Positions 13,271 to 25,488 of a stretch of DNA of 64,000 nucleotides are shown piece by piece. Below the pieces are notes generated by a model. The model made no database searches. It saw nothing but the letters and a program-made list of their open reading frames with translations, and was not told the DNA's origin. Every line of letters begins with the position of its first letter. Positions within the stretch are counted from its first letter, which is position 1. This stretch comes from Yuukianura sp. NJ FZ-2021 (taxonomy: Eukaryota): NCBI GenBank assembly GCA_046563655.1, contig CM102290.1, positions 13,020,001 through 13,084,000 of the forward strand, in the 5' to 3' direction. The translations under genes and the position numbers were made by a program.

Positions 13271-13771
13271 CAGAACTCGCTACCCGACTGGGACGACGAC
13301 TTAGCTAATAGCTAAAGATTAGCATAGAAAAAGATTTACCTTATCCCATGTCATTTTCATCACCACCTAAAGAATAATACAAGAAGATTCGGAAGTCAGG
13401 GTAATTCGACACTGTAACTACGTCACTTTGGAGTAATGTTAATGTTATTTTAACTACGGTACTACGGTGTCAAAGAATATGGTAGGTTAGGTGTGATAGT
13501 ACTCAGATCGGAAGATGTGGCACTGCCGGCGGAAAAAATTTCAGTAGACAGAAGTTGACTACATCGCGGGCTCTTTTGGCGGCGTAAATTGTTCATACGC
13601 AAACTTTTACGCGGGTATCGGAATCACTGCCTCGTTTCTTGTACGTAGAAATGCTACTACTGCAGTGACTTGGGTGTGTCAAACGTCAAACCCAGGCTAT
13701 TATCGATCCCTGTTTTGCCTCCTAGTCTGGCTAGTTTCCAATTTCCAACTGTATTCCTAGTTTGGAACAAC

Positions 13772-13905
13772 TATCGTTTTTACAACGAAGTGAACTTTCG
13801 CAATTAAACTATGCAATCCTTTAGACGTCAGATTTGGCTTCACTCCTCAAAATCAGTATAGTTACATACTTTAGTTGGGAAAAATCACTTCGTTGCAAAA
13901 CGATA
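13772..13905. mobile_element. Degenerate inverted-repeat element (MITE-like)
   Basis: tatcgtttttacaacgaagtgaactttcgcaattaaactatgcaa is an imperfect inverse of ttacatactttagttgggaaaaatcacttcgttgcaaaacgata. Confidence 0.5.
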
Positions 13906-14748
13906 AATACTCTTAGTAAGCCCATAGTTTAGTAGTGTTTTAAACCAACCCGTATCAAAGGCGTATTTAAAAGCAATTGTTGCATGCATTTCCCTATGCT
14001 TAGAAAGCGCACTGTCTTACCAATGAGGTAGACAGTATCGGTAGGGATCGCCCAAGTGAAGATTTCCTTAGTGCAAGTCCACTACAGAGTACATGTGCTT
14101 GTTCCTTCTCCGCAGTCGCCTCAGCTGTAAATACAAATCAGGCAGTAAAGTACACATTTAAAACCGAACGGTCAAGCTTCAAGCAGTATAAATAACAAAT
14201 TCAAACACGTTTACTAGCAATGGTTGCTACTAAGTCGACCGTCACCAGGGCAACGTTCTTCAGACTAGGATTTTAATTTCATGAAAACGTTTCGGAGGAA
14301 GTGTGTTACTCCCTCCACTACTTTCTTGATTTTTTGACCGTTTAGTATTTAACTCCTATTTTTGAAACCATTAATTAGCTTACCAGACTCCAGTTGACAT
14401 TTGAATCTGTTCATGTTGACTTAATATCCAGCGTAGTAGAAGTTGGCAGCCAGCACACGAGCGTAACAGGAGACACAATCACTAACTTGGAGTATACCAT
14501 GATGTCTAGGCTTTACTCCTCATTAATTTGTGTCACAACAATACTTAAGGGCCTAAATGAAGTACTTCTGTCAAGAATTGACAGAATATAATCATATGAT
14601 TCATATGATTTGAGAACATCTACTTACTTACCCAAATCTAGGTGATTTACTTTCTGCACTAGTTCCCATGGCATACCAGATATCGGCAATTTCGACGCGA
14701 CGTCATTAGTGCGAATTCTTCAATCCTTGCGGGGTACATGTAGTTTTT

Positions 14749-14940
14749 CTGAGACTTAGCTAGATTGCATCAAGAAGAAATTTTAGGTATTCCTGAGACT
14801 TAGCTAGATTGCATCAAGAAGAAATTTTAGGTATTCCTGAGACTTAGCTAGATTGCATCAAGAAGACATTTTAGGTATTTCTTTCTTAGACTATTTCTAT
14901 TAGGTATTTCTTAGGTATTTCTAGATTGCATCAAGTAGAA
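14749..14940. repeat. Minisatellite, ~44-bp unit, 3 copies plus degenerate remnant
   Basis: ctgagacttagctagattgcatcaagaagaaattttaggtattc repeated in tandem. Confidence 0.9.
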
Positions 14941-16181
14941 ATTGTATGTTTATTCTACGTAAGAAATTATGATTCTTTTCCCTTTTATTTTTTTATGTTC
15001 TTGCATTTAGGTTTAATTCTAATATCAAGACCATCAATTAGCGGGTTTCCATTTTTACTTAATCGATACTTTTGAAAAGATACCTTAGGTTGTTAGTGAC
15101 TGTTGATCACAGGTTCAGTAAACGTCTTCCGGATTGGATTGAACACTTTCCTGAACCTCTCATCTCTACTTCATCTGAGCGATCAGAGCGATTGCCGAAG
15201 TCTGTTTTCACATATCATTGCCCTTCTTCCTTTCGTCTTCTCTTTATGATGTTCTGATTTTCACATCAGTATGTATGAGTAATTGACGATTGGAGGGGCC
15301 GAAAGCAAGCCGAAATGAACATTGGAGCAGTTCGACTAGGAGTCCTTAATCCGCTGTATTCTGCAGATACGGCTGGGCTTAGGGTGATTTGAGTTCGAGC
15401 GACTTGTCTTTTATTTCTTTTGCGAAAGTTTTCCTCTTTTTTTTCAAATTAATCACTTATCTAAAAACAAGAATTGCTCATTAAGGCATAGGAAATTCAC
15501 ACTTTGGCTTTACTTTCTGAATGACTATTATGTAAAAGTAGAAGTGAAGAAGACTTATGTTCAAAATTCTTGTGCCGGCGAAGCACTGCATGAATAAGTT
15601 GTCAAAACATGGTAACAATAACAATTAACTCATGTGAGTGATTAGTGGTTAGTAACCACTATAAATTCAACGCGTTTTAGGAAATAACGAAATCAGTGTC
15701 AGACGAGCCGGCCATTGCGATTCACAACGTCGCATCTGATTAGGTTCTAATCAATTTTGCGACACATCTGAAATATCTGTGGAATAGTTAGACCCAGGGG
15801 ATGTAAATTTTGTTTACGCATAAAAATACACACAAACACTTTAAATTGAAGTTAAAGTTACATAAATCCTATTTATAAAGTTCTTGGCCAAACATAAATA
15901 CAGACAAATTTAACGAAGAGTGTCGTCGCGGGTAAGGAGGTCTTGGGGTCATGGAGGAAACGTTTTCAGTTTCGGTAGTAGAAACGTAACCCGCACTTCA
16001 CCGGAACTGGTAGATACTGTTTCTGTGAAGTTGGATTACCGGCTGTTATCAAGCAACCAGGCTATCATGTTGCCTACGACAAAGATGATAATGGAACATG
16101 CCAATAACCAATCATTTCCGGGCACTGTAATTCAATGAGCGACTGGATAAGTTAGAAATTAAAAGTCATACTTGGGGCATC

Positions 16182-19100
16182 ATGGGATTTCGTACTACCG
16201 ATGTCATTACGACACTGAACCTAATACTTCTGCAATCCTTTGCTATTTCTACTGCGAGTTCCGAATATGGTAAGTTTTGGAGAATCTTCACTTAGGGTCA
16301 TGTATTCACCCTGTAATGTATTTTTGAAGATGAAAATGCGTGACTAAACTTTTTTTTCTATTTAACAGGAACTCCATTCACTACTATTCCCTCCAACGTG
16401 ACAGTGACTGAAGGGGATCGTGCAATGCTCAACTGTTCGTTAGCACCAGAGCATGCCAACGACAGCATTAGCTGGGTGCGTAAACCACATCACAAGGTCA
16501 TCGCTGACAGTCATATTAAACTAATGGACAACGGGCAGCTCGTATTTGATATGGCTCAAAAGTCACATGAAGGCTTTTACCAGTGCCAGACTACGGGCGT
16601 TAAATCCACAATGTCGTACACGACCTGGGTGTACTTGAGGGTAAATGGTATGAGTCATAGCACTTAACTGATCTAATACATCAACGCTCTAGTATTCCTA
16701 ATTTTATCATTCACTGTCTAGTTCCAGCGAAGCTGTACGAGTATACTTCCAATAGTACCATGCGACATGGTTCCAGCTATGAAGCAGTTTGTTATGCTGA
16801 AGGAGATCCGCTTCCGAGCGTAGCCTGGTTTATCAATGACGTAGAGGTATTACCGATAGTGTGTTTTGCCAATATTCTATGCATCATCAATTCTGTTTTT
16901 TTCTTAGATCGGTGGCCAGCGTCTTGAGGAAATTCCAGAGACGATTGTTGAGGTACGATTGATTGTTATTTGAAAGTTGTTACGTTGAAAGTACGATTGG
17001 GGTATTTTCGAAAGTTAGAGAAATGTAAGTTTTGATTGAAGTTTTTCTGTGTTCTATTAGGAGAAAAAAGGCGTAATCCCTAAAGCAAAGTCTACACTCC
17101 GAATTACTAACCCGTCCATGTCAGTGAAGGTTGCATGTGAAGCGTTCAATGGAATTGGGGCCGCAGATCGACGGGAATTCATGCTGCGCGTTACGAATTT
17201 ACCGCTCAGTGAGACTGAAGATGAAGAACCAAGGTACAACAGTCGGCCGGATGGCCTATGTGCACTTTACAATGGCCAAATATGCAAGGCTCATCGTGTT
17301 GGCCTATTTTGGTACAATGCAACGGAGGGTAACGCTGGAGGATTGCTAAATGAACATATAGCAGCCAAACTATGGGAAGAACTGATAGCAGAACTCAATG
17401 AACCTTGTCGTAGCGCTGCAGAGGTAAGACAAACTTTGTCTACAAAGATTGAGCAAGCATAAGCACAAGGTTATGGGATGTACACTTAAGGCTTTATCAA
17501 ATTGTTTCTAGGCTCTACTCTGCAGCTACGCGTTTCCTTCCTGTATGTATCAGAATGGGTACCCAATACGCCTTCCACTTTGTTACGACGACTGCATCGC
17601 TGTAAAATCATCTCTCTGCTACAATGAATGGGCCATTATTGAAGACAACAAAAAGCAGAGAGGTAAAATAGTTCGTGATTAATTGCAGTCAACCTATGTA
17701 ATTTCCAATCGATCGACTTACGATTAATTAATTACTCAATCTGTAAAATTTTAACAACTTTCCATTTTATGTCCAACAGGAATTTTACTCAAATCTCGAG
17801 GTCATTTTCGACTCCCGGATTGTGATGCTCTACCAAGGCTCAACGACACTTCTCGTCCATGCTCCTCAGCAAGGTTGACCGAGATGATTTCCGAGGATGT
17901 TACATGTAAGTCTTGTTATTTGTTACCAGTATATCACTAGCCCATCTTTAAGGAACATTTAAAGTTGCTCGTTCATTTTGCAGACGATTGTATTAAGGGC
18001 AGGGGAAGATTCTATCAAGGAGTTCAAAACGTAACAACGTCTAACATTCCTTGCCAACGGTGGGATAGCCAAAGTCCGCACAGTCACAACAGGCCACCGC
18101 CCGTATTTCCAGAAATATTGAACTCTGAGAATTATTGTCGGAATGCTGGAGGCGAGGAACCGCGGCCATGGTGTTACACAGTGGACAAAAATGTGAGATG
18201 GGAATATTGCGACATTCCCAATTGTGGAGGTACTCTAAATACTTTAACCAAAATAGTAATTTTAGCTAATCATTTCTCAATACTTACTTTGTATGATTGT
18301 ATGATTCGTTTTAGCTAATGTTTCGGACACTGTCTTCGACTCCGTCGACGTGAAGTCAACTGAGCTTTCTTTTGATTTTGTTGAATTTGTTAATACCAAA
18401 GCTTTCATCATATTTCTTGCTCTGGGCCTCATCATCGTTGGTTCCTTCACGATTATTTGTGGAGTTTGCTGTACTAACACTGCAATGAAGAAGCGACAAC
18501 GATCACTTCAATACAACGCGGAAACGACTCAGGTAACCTGCTGCGTGTTTTGTTATCCTTATCATACAAACATGACGGACCAAGGTCGTGTGCTATTTAA
18601 AAGTTTGTTCTTATCCTTAGTGCTCAACATTGTTTTTTATTACTTGTTTTTAGGAGGCAGAACTGCTAGAATTGCAAGGGCTTGAAGACAACGCAGCCTA
18701 TCATCAGCATGGCTCAAAATTAAATCCGAAATTAGAGAAATTGGAAATTCCGCGTAACAATATAATTTACATACGCGATTTGGGGCAAGGGGCCTTTGGC
18801 AGGGTTTTTCAGGTACGATTTCTTTAAACTTTACGTCAACATGTAATGGTTATGAGAAATAATTTGTGAATGTTGTGAAGGCCAAGGTACCCGGTCTACA
18901 GTTGGGTGAAGAATTCACAATGGTTGCTGTGAAGATGCTAAAGGAAGAAGCAACGGAAGATTTGCAGACAGACTTCGAGAGGGAAGCGTGTCTACTGGCT
19001 GAATTCGATCATCCGAATATCGTGAAACTTGTGGGAGTGTGTGCCATTGGAAAGCCGATGTGTCTCTTACTAGAGTACATGGGGCTGAGCGATTTGAACG

Positions 19101-20139
19101 AATTTCTTCGCTCTTGCTCTCCATCCCAATACTACAAGATGAACGCAGGTCACCAAGCAAGCGACAGCAGTATCTGGCGAGACGTGTCTCTCAGTGAGTT
19201 GGATATGGCACTTATCTCACGCCAAATTGCTTCCGGAATGGTGTACCTGTCGCACCGGAAGTTTGTCCACAGAGGTAAGGGCTTCTGCAAGGTTCCTTGA
19301 CAACCGAAATATTACAGCAAATTGTATTTCCTACAACAGGTTGTTCAATACCTCAGGGTTTCCAAAAATCTTACTTCAAACAACTTTTAGCACCAATCCC
19401 ATTTACATTATATGCAAAAAATTACCATAGAAAGGCATATTTCCTACTTTCAAACAACTGTAAAACTTCGAGTTATTGGACAACCTGGTGTAGAAAAAGT
19501 TTTTTTTTGTTTAGCAACCTTGAACTTCTGTTTCTGCTTTTCTTAATGGAGGCAGACGGATATTCCAGTTTTCAAAACATTGTCTTCTTTTCGTTTTACA
19601 GATTTAGCTACCAGGAATTGTCTCGTTGATGAACATATGCGCGTGAAAATTGCCGACTTTGGACTCTCGCAGAGGATCTATCTCCAGGTAATCAACACTT
19701 AATTTGTTTTCTAATCGGAAGTTTTGTTCTGGAACTCTAAACTTGAATTTGGCCTCAGGATTACTACAAAGGGCAAGAAGATGACGCAATTCCTATACGA
19801 TGGATGCCACTTGAAAGTATCTTGTACAACAAATACACGGTTGAATCTGATGTATGGGCATTCGGAGTTTGTCTGTGGGAAATATTTTCGTATGCTCTGC
19901 AACCCTACTATGGAATGACTCATGAGGAAGTTGTCAAGTACATCAAAGATGGAAACATCCTTCGCGCTCCGGATGCATGTCCTCCACGAGTGTACGATAT
20001 CATGAAGATGTGCTTCCAGCTCAAGCCAAGTGCCAGACCATCTTTTTTCACCATTTTTGAAATGATAGACTCCATCATTCAAGAAATGCACCAAGACTTT
20101 ACCATGCCGTCTAGCAAATCGTCGTCCCAGGTTCTCTAA
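16182..20139 (+). CDS. Nrk: MuSK/Nrk-family receptor tyrosine kinase (signal peptide, 2 Ig, Frizzled CRD, Kringle, TM, kinase)
   Basis: Ig: [50 protein letters not shown]. Kringle: [42 protein letters not shown] segment. Kinase: [58 protein letters not shown]. Confidence 0.92.
19288..19522. mobile_element. MITE, CAAGGTT...AACCTTG family, in Nrk intron
   Basis: Termini caaggtt/aaccttg. Interior closely matches the 39681 copy. Degenerate 8-bp TSD ggcttctg/aacttctg. Confidence 0.85.
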
Positions 20140-21023
20140 ATCAACTTTCCTGCTACATCATAATTGTCTCCAAACATCAGCAGCACTCTAACTATACTAA
20201 TAGGTAATGTATCCGGTTGTCCATTGTCAAGCTTTAGCTTTAGTTTTAGGCTTTGACGCCAAAAAAAAGTCCTGCGAGCCTTAATTTTAACTTTTTATAT
20301 ATTTATAAGATAAACTAATAACCCTAGCTGACTCTCGCTACTTCTGTCCTTCCGTTTTTTTTTATGTTTTTTGAATTTTAGAACTGCACGAAGTCAGGTG
20401 CTTTTCTTTAGTCTGTTTTTTTTAATTGTTAATTGTTAGTTACCTTGTTAAATTTTTAAGCCAAATTTTGAACTTTTGTATGTCCAACATTGTCCGATCT
20501 GATCGGCTCTACAGCTTTGAGCCTCGTCCTACAATTTTTTACGTACGAGTATTGATCTCCAATTTTTTCATGCAAATAAAATATTACACATAAAAACCGA
20601 TTGACTCCAACAAAACAGTTGTAATGCTCGGTTTAAAAAAAAACTTTATGAATGTCCGGGGGACCAGTACAATGAAGTGTAATATGAAATTTTTTTTTTA
20701 TTAATTAACCTCCAAGAACAAGTTTTTAGAAGTATTTTCCATGGTAAATATATGGAAAATGACACCCCATGGAACCGTGGATTCCGAACTTTGTATAAAG
20801 GATAACTACGGTCCACTTTATAGCAATTTCGGATTATCTTTTTAGTTCTTCGGATGCTAAAAGTATTAAACTAAATATGTGTGTATCAGGCGATTTTTTT
20901 GGTTCGTCACTCAAAGGTGCGAAGTTTGGTACGTCAGAAAATGAGGGGCAGACTAAATCCCTGAGTTGTAGCAAAACGAATCAATATCAAATTCGCTGAT
21001 ACGAATGAATCAAACAACGTCCG

Positions 21024-22235
21024 CTACTGGCTGGGGGAAAATTTGGTAGGGAGGAGTATACGGGCGTCCATTTCCCTAATCAGTGGTACTGTGTAGGCAA
21101 CACATTCGTCCCAACCTGGTTTCCTCCATGCTGCCTCACGAGTTTCCCTCCGTTTTTTCATGTCCGAATAACCTTGACATATGATTGATCATCGTTAGGA
21201 TCTTAGCATCGTTAGTATTCTTAGCATCGCACAAGAACTTACACCAAATATGATGAACGTTATACAATCTTCCAATTTGAGAGAAGAAGCCACCAAAGGC
21301 CTCGTTGTTATGTTGCCTGAAATTGATTGCCCTCGCCCAGTTGTTTCCCCACTCAATCATTGTTCCAGGTTTTAGCGTGTAACTTCGGATTTCATAAATG
21401 TTTTGTCCAGATCTCGGTTGTACGACGGGCCAAAAGCTAAACGGAAGCAGGAACTGGTTTTGGCGGAGTCTAAGGCACATTAGGCGCTCTTTCAATAACT
21501 TCTGGACATCCTGGAGATATTACAGCAAAGATTAACATTGTATACTTAATGAAATAAGCTTTAGTACTTGCCTTGTTCTCCCTCAGAACTTTAAAGGATG
21601 AGTCGACACTGGAAAAACCCCCCTTGTACCTCCACAGATGTATAACTTGATCCTGGTCTCCAACGCCCACTACCCAACTGGCAACTAGCTCTGATATGTC
21701 CACAGTTTTCGATAGTTCAACGTGCTTTTCACTAAACAATAAAATAGGCAATAGTTAGTTTCCGACACGCTTGAATAATTTATATCTTTGCGTAAATTTC
21801 CGTTTTCTGGAATGAATCATGATCAGCAATGACAATCAGCATACCCGGTCCCAGTACTTACTAATTTTCCAAGTATTTATCCAAGTACGACGGCTTGACT
21901 TGATGAGTCACAAGCTCATAGATCAGCTCTTTATCGGCAAGCATCGCTGAATGTGACTCTTTCGATGGTTCGATCCGTCGAACAAACAAATTGCTAAAAA
22001 ATCCTTCCTTACGACATACAGCTGAAGTTGACAGTTCTCTGCTAAAGATGTACATCATATCAATCATCAGTGAAAATCATCAAAGCATACATACAACTTA
22101 TAAATCTTTTCCAAAGACTGCATGTAAGCACTATATTTGCCTTTACCTGGTTCTGTGCAAGTGATACACACTGGCTATCCTGGAGCCAGAAAATTGAGCC
22201 TTGTGGCACAGCGAGGACATACTGGATACTCTCAT
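21024..22235 (-). CDS. NIPSNAP: NIPSNAP protein (mitochondrial), multi-exon
   Basis: [108 protein letters not shown]. Putative first exon [19 protein letters not shown] is Arg/Ser-rich like a transit peptide. Confidence 0.93.
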
Positions 22236-22654
22236 TTCAGCGAACTAGTTCACAAATGGTTCAACAACGATTTGGCCTGGAATAAAATGTCATTCAAAAG
22301 GTTAACAAAGATTGCCAATGCCAATAACACAAGAAGAGTATAAAACAGAAGTTATCAAATACGGATATAGTATGAAGGTAGTAACAACTTTCAGAGAAAT
22401 TCCTTATGCTAAAGTAGTTAAAGTTACAATAGCTAATAGCCGAATAATTATAATACAATTTTACCCCACTTATTAATCCTAGCGAACCAAATTACAGGCA
22501 TCGCCTATGGATTTGAAATCAGATGACTTCAAATAAAAGCTTTGCCTGCTGTGGAATGGGTCTCACTAATACTCTGAGTTAGAACTATTTGGCTGTGAAC
22601 AAATTGGCGCTATGTACGCAAACATTCCGACTACAACAACGTTTTGTATGTACA

Positions 22655-23051
22655 TATGCAATATGGGTGCAATATGCAATATGCAAAATGTAATATGCAA
22701 TATGTTGGCAATATGTTGGCAATATGTTGGCAATATGTTGGCAGTATGTTGGCAGTATGTTGGCAATATGTTGGCAATATGTTGGCAGTATGTTGGCAAT
22801 ATGTTGGCAATATGTTGGCAATATGTTGGCAGTATGTTGGCAATATGTTGGCAATATGTTGGCAATATGTTGGCAATATGTTGGCAGTATGTTGGCAATA
22901 TGTTGGCAATATGTTGGTATAAGGTTGACAATATGTTGGCAATATGTTGGCAGTATGTTGGCAATATGTTGGCAATATGTTGGCAGTATGTTGGCAGTAT
23001 GTTGGCAATATGTTGGCAATATGTTGGTATAAGGTTGGTAGGAATGTTGGT
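22655..23051. repeat. 11-bp satellite (aatatgttggc / agtatgttggc), ~30 units with degenerate edges
   Basis: Direct tandem array that produces spurious repetitive ORFs on both strands. Confidence 0.97.
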
Positions 23052-23238
23052 AAAAACTTACATCCACGCTGACTACTTTTGGCGTATCCGGGGGTGAGGG
23101 GTGAATTTTCATTTATACATGGAGATTGACGGGTTTTTAACAATTCAACTTTCACACCTCGTTGCTAAAATATGAGCAACGCAATTTGACTCGACGTTTT
23201 TAAGACATGCATTTGAAGCATTTCTTGGGAAGACCGCA

Positions 23239-24133
23239 ATGGAGCAAGAGACTCGGACTTGGCTTTGTGGCAAAAGCCTTGCTGTAGGGGTCAAGGTCGT
23301 TGCTGTACTAAATTTGGTAAGGCTTGAACAACTTTTGCAATAAGTAGTCCGAGCAATAACGTATTTTCAAGATAGGTACCAAATAGTTACAAGATGCAAG
23401 ATGGTAGTTAAAAATGTAAAAGGGAACAATTTCTCTATGTTTAAGGTATACTGCGCCGGTTTGATTGCTGCAGAGGTGGTTCTTTACCTTCAAAGTGGTG
23501 TTGAAGGTTTAAGCGAATTGAACGCTGAATTTCTTAGTTCAAAAGTTGAACCAGCTATGTTGTCGGATTCAAAATCGGGGATTAACTCTACCGATATTGA
23601 CAACACTACTTCAACTCTTACAAAAACGGGTGAATTATTTTCAAAACTTAGTAACTTTAATAATAGAAAATTTAACTACTATTTGTTTTCAGTATTTTCA
23701 ATTCCAGCTCTGCCGTTTCTAACTTCACTAACATGGATTTTCACATGGGTTTTGTCAATAATGTTCTCAGTTCTGTTGTACGTAGCAGCATCCATAGTAA
23801 GGCCAAACACTTTGCCATACACAAGTTTATGATACGAGAGTATGATGGGAAACGTTCTTAATCCGAAATTTTTTTAAACAGAGAAACAGAAAACTTGCTT
23901 CTGTTTATTTCTACTACAGAATTGTGACCTTGATTTTCCGCGTTACCTTTCTTATTATTTACTTGGTTGCTGGATTTTCAATTCTGCCAAAAATTCCTGT
24001 CGTCATTCAGTTTGTAATTGGCATCTACACCTTGTACCTCGTCAGTTCCTTTATGCAACAACTTACTGCTGAAGACATTCGCGCAGAAGCACAACAACGT
24101 GACCATGTTAAGAGCATTACTTTCAATAAGTAG
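23239..24133 (+). CDS. Small 4-TM membrane protein (LAPTM/DUF4728-like architecture), 4 exons
   Basis: MEQETRTWLCGKSLAVGVKVVAVLNL | VYCAGLIAAEVVLYL..(loop with NST/NTT sequons) | FSIPALPFLTSLTWIFTWVLSIMFSVLLYVAASI | RNRKLASVYFYYRIVTLIFRVTFLIIYLV..QFVIGIYTLYLVSSFMQQL. GT-AG phases are consistent. Confidence 0.7.
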
Positions 24134-24631
24134 TTCAACTGGAGTAAGGTGATAATTAGTCAACATCAAATGTGTTAATTACTTTTACAAAAAAAAATAA
24201 ACCGCCCCAACTAGACCAATGTAACATTGATGGTAAAACTAACGCTGTAATAAGACTAATGCGATGTTCAGGTTACCTTGAGAAAAAAGGTAGAAAAATG
24301 CTATTGTTGAGAAATTTATGAAATTTTTGCATCGGTGATTTCTCATATTTCGATGAAAGGTCACTTGTAGCACTGCTATTCTTAACTCAGCGCGCACGTC
24401 GGTTCTAATTTAGGTCTGTGTATCTTATCTTTAGATATCGAAATATTTGCGTATGTTTATCAATGGTAGTGACAAAGACAACATCGGTTGATTCAGCCGG
24501 AAGGCCAATGGTAGATAAACACTGAATTATGGTTTTACGTTTGTACTGCTCACAACTGGTAAAGCTTCTTTAATAAATTATTTCCAAAAATAATAAAATT
24601 ATTTATAATTAAGTATAATTGTACACGAGAG

Positions 24632-25488
24632 TTAGTTCAGACTGACCACTTGAGGTTCTGCAGATTCACTGAGGAATATTCTACGATAGATGGCGCCCAG
24701 TAGTATTGCAATGTTGATTAGGATAGGTACGAAACCAATAATCTAAATAAAAGTAGATACTTAAAACATGCACCATCAATATAAGATTGAATCCATTCGT
24801 TTTAAAATTCGCGCCAATTTCAAGCTCTAAAATTTGTAGACTGTTTACCCCGGATGCCAGAGCGAGGTCATAGTTCGGAAATATTCTTGTCTCAATATCA
24901 GATATGCAGAGGTCAGGCATTGGCGTAGTGCCCGGTTTGTGACAATAATCGTACACTTCATACGCCCAATTAACGGTTTCTGCAAGCATAAGCCCAGCGC
25001 CAGTTCCAAACAGGATACTCGCAATAGTGTTGAGTCCGAGGTGCTGGAAGGATCAAAATTCAAAAATATTTCCTCATTTTCAAAACAAAAACTGAAATTT
25101 TTAGAAAATTTACAAATTCCCAGTTTTCTCATACCACTCTCTTGACTAAGGTTGACCTTATGTCCCACTTGACAACGCCAATCAAATTTAGTCCAAAACA
25201 CGCTGCTACTATGCAAGTACTTCCTAGAAACGCGTATGCTGTCCAAAGCTCTGGTTCGGGAATAGGCTCTACAGTGTCGGCAGACAATTCTTCAAGGTTT
25301 GGCAGGCCTTCTACACCCAATCCCATGGCAACTAACACACTAACCTAAAATATCCAAAGGCATTCCGTTTTAGCGTGGAACATCAAAATGCTTGGCAGTA
25401 TTTAAAGGTAACTTCTGAGTTCCGCTTAACTTACCAGTTGCAGAATCACTAACGCTGTCACTACGTTGGCCAGCACCAAATTCGTCAT
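24632..25488 (-). CDS. Small 4-TM membrane protein (MARVEL-like topology), 4 exons
   Basis: MTNLVLANVVTALVILQL | VSVLVAMGLG..WTAYAFLGSTCIVAACFGLNLIGVV | HLGLNTIASILFGTGAGLMLAE..YC..LC..LALASG | IIGFVPILINIAILLGAIYRR..SLN*. All introns are phase-0 GT-AG. Confidence 0.68.

Noticed and set aside
14749..14880. CRISPR-like repeat array
   Set aside because: Units are directly adjacent with no spacers, and the context is eukaryotic.
19297..19629. 110-aa ORF (and similar ORFs at 39576-40007)
   Set aside because: Chance frames through two copies of the same MITE.
22566..23155. Six long repetitive ORFs (ILPTYCQHIAN / MLAICWQYVGN)
   Set aside because: Artefact of a stop-free 11-bp satellite. Not a CRISPR array either, since there are no unique spacers.
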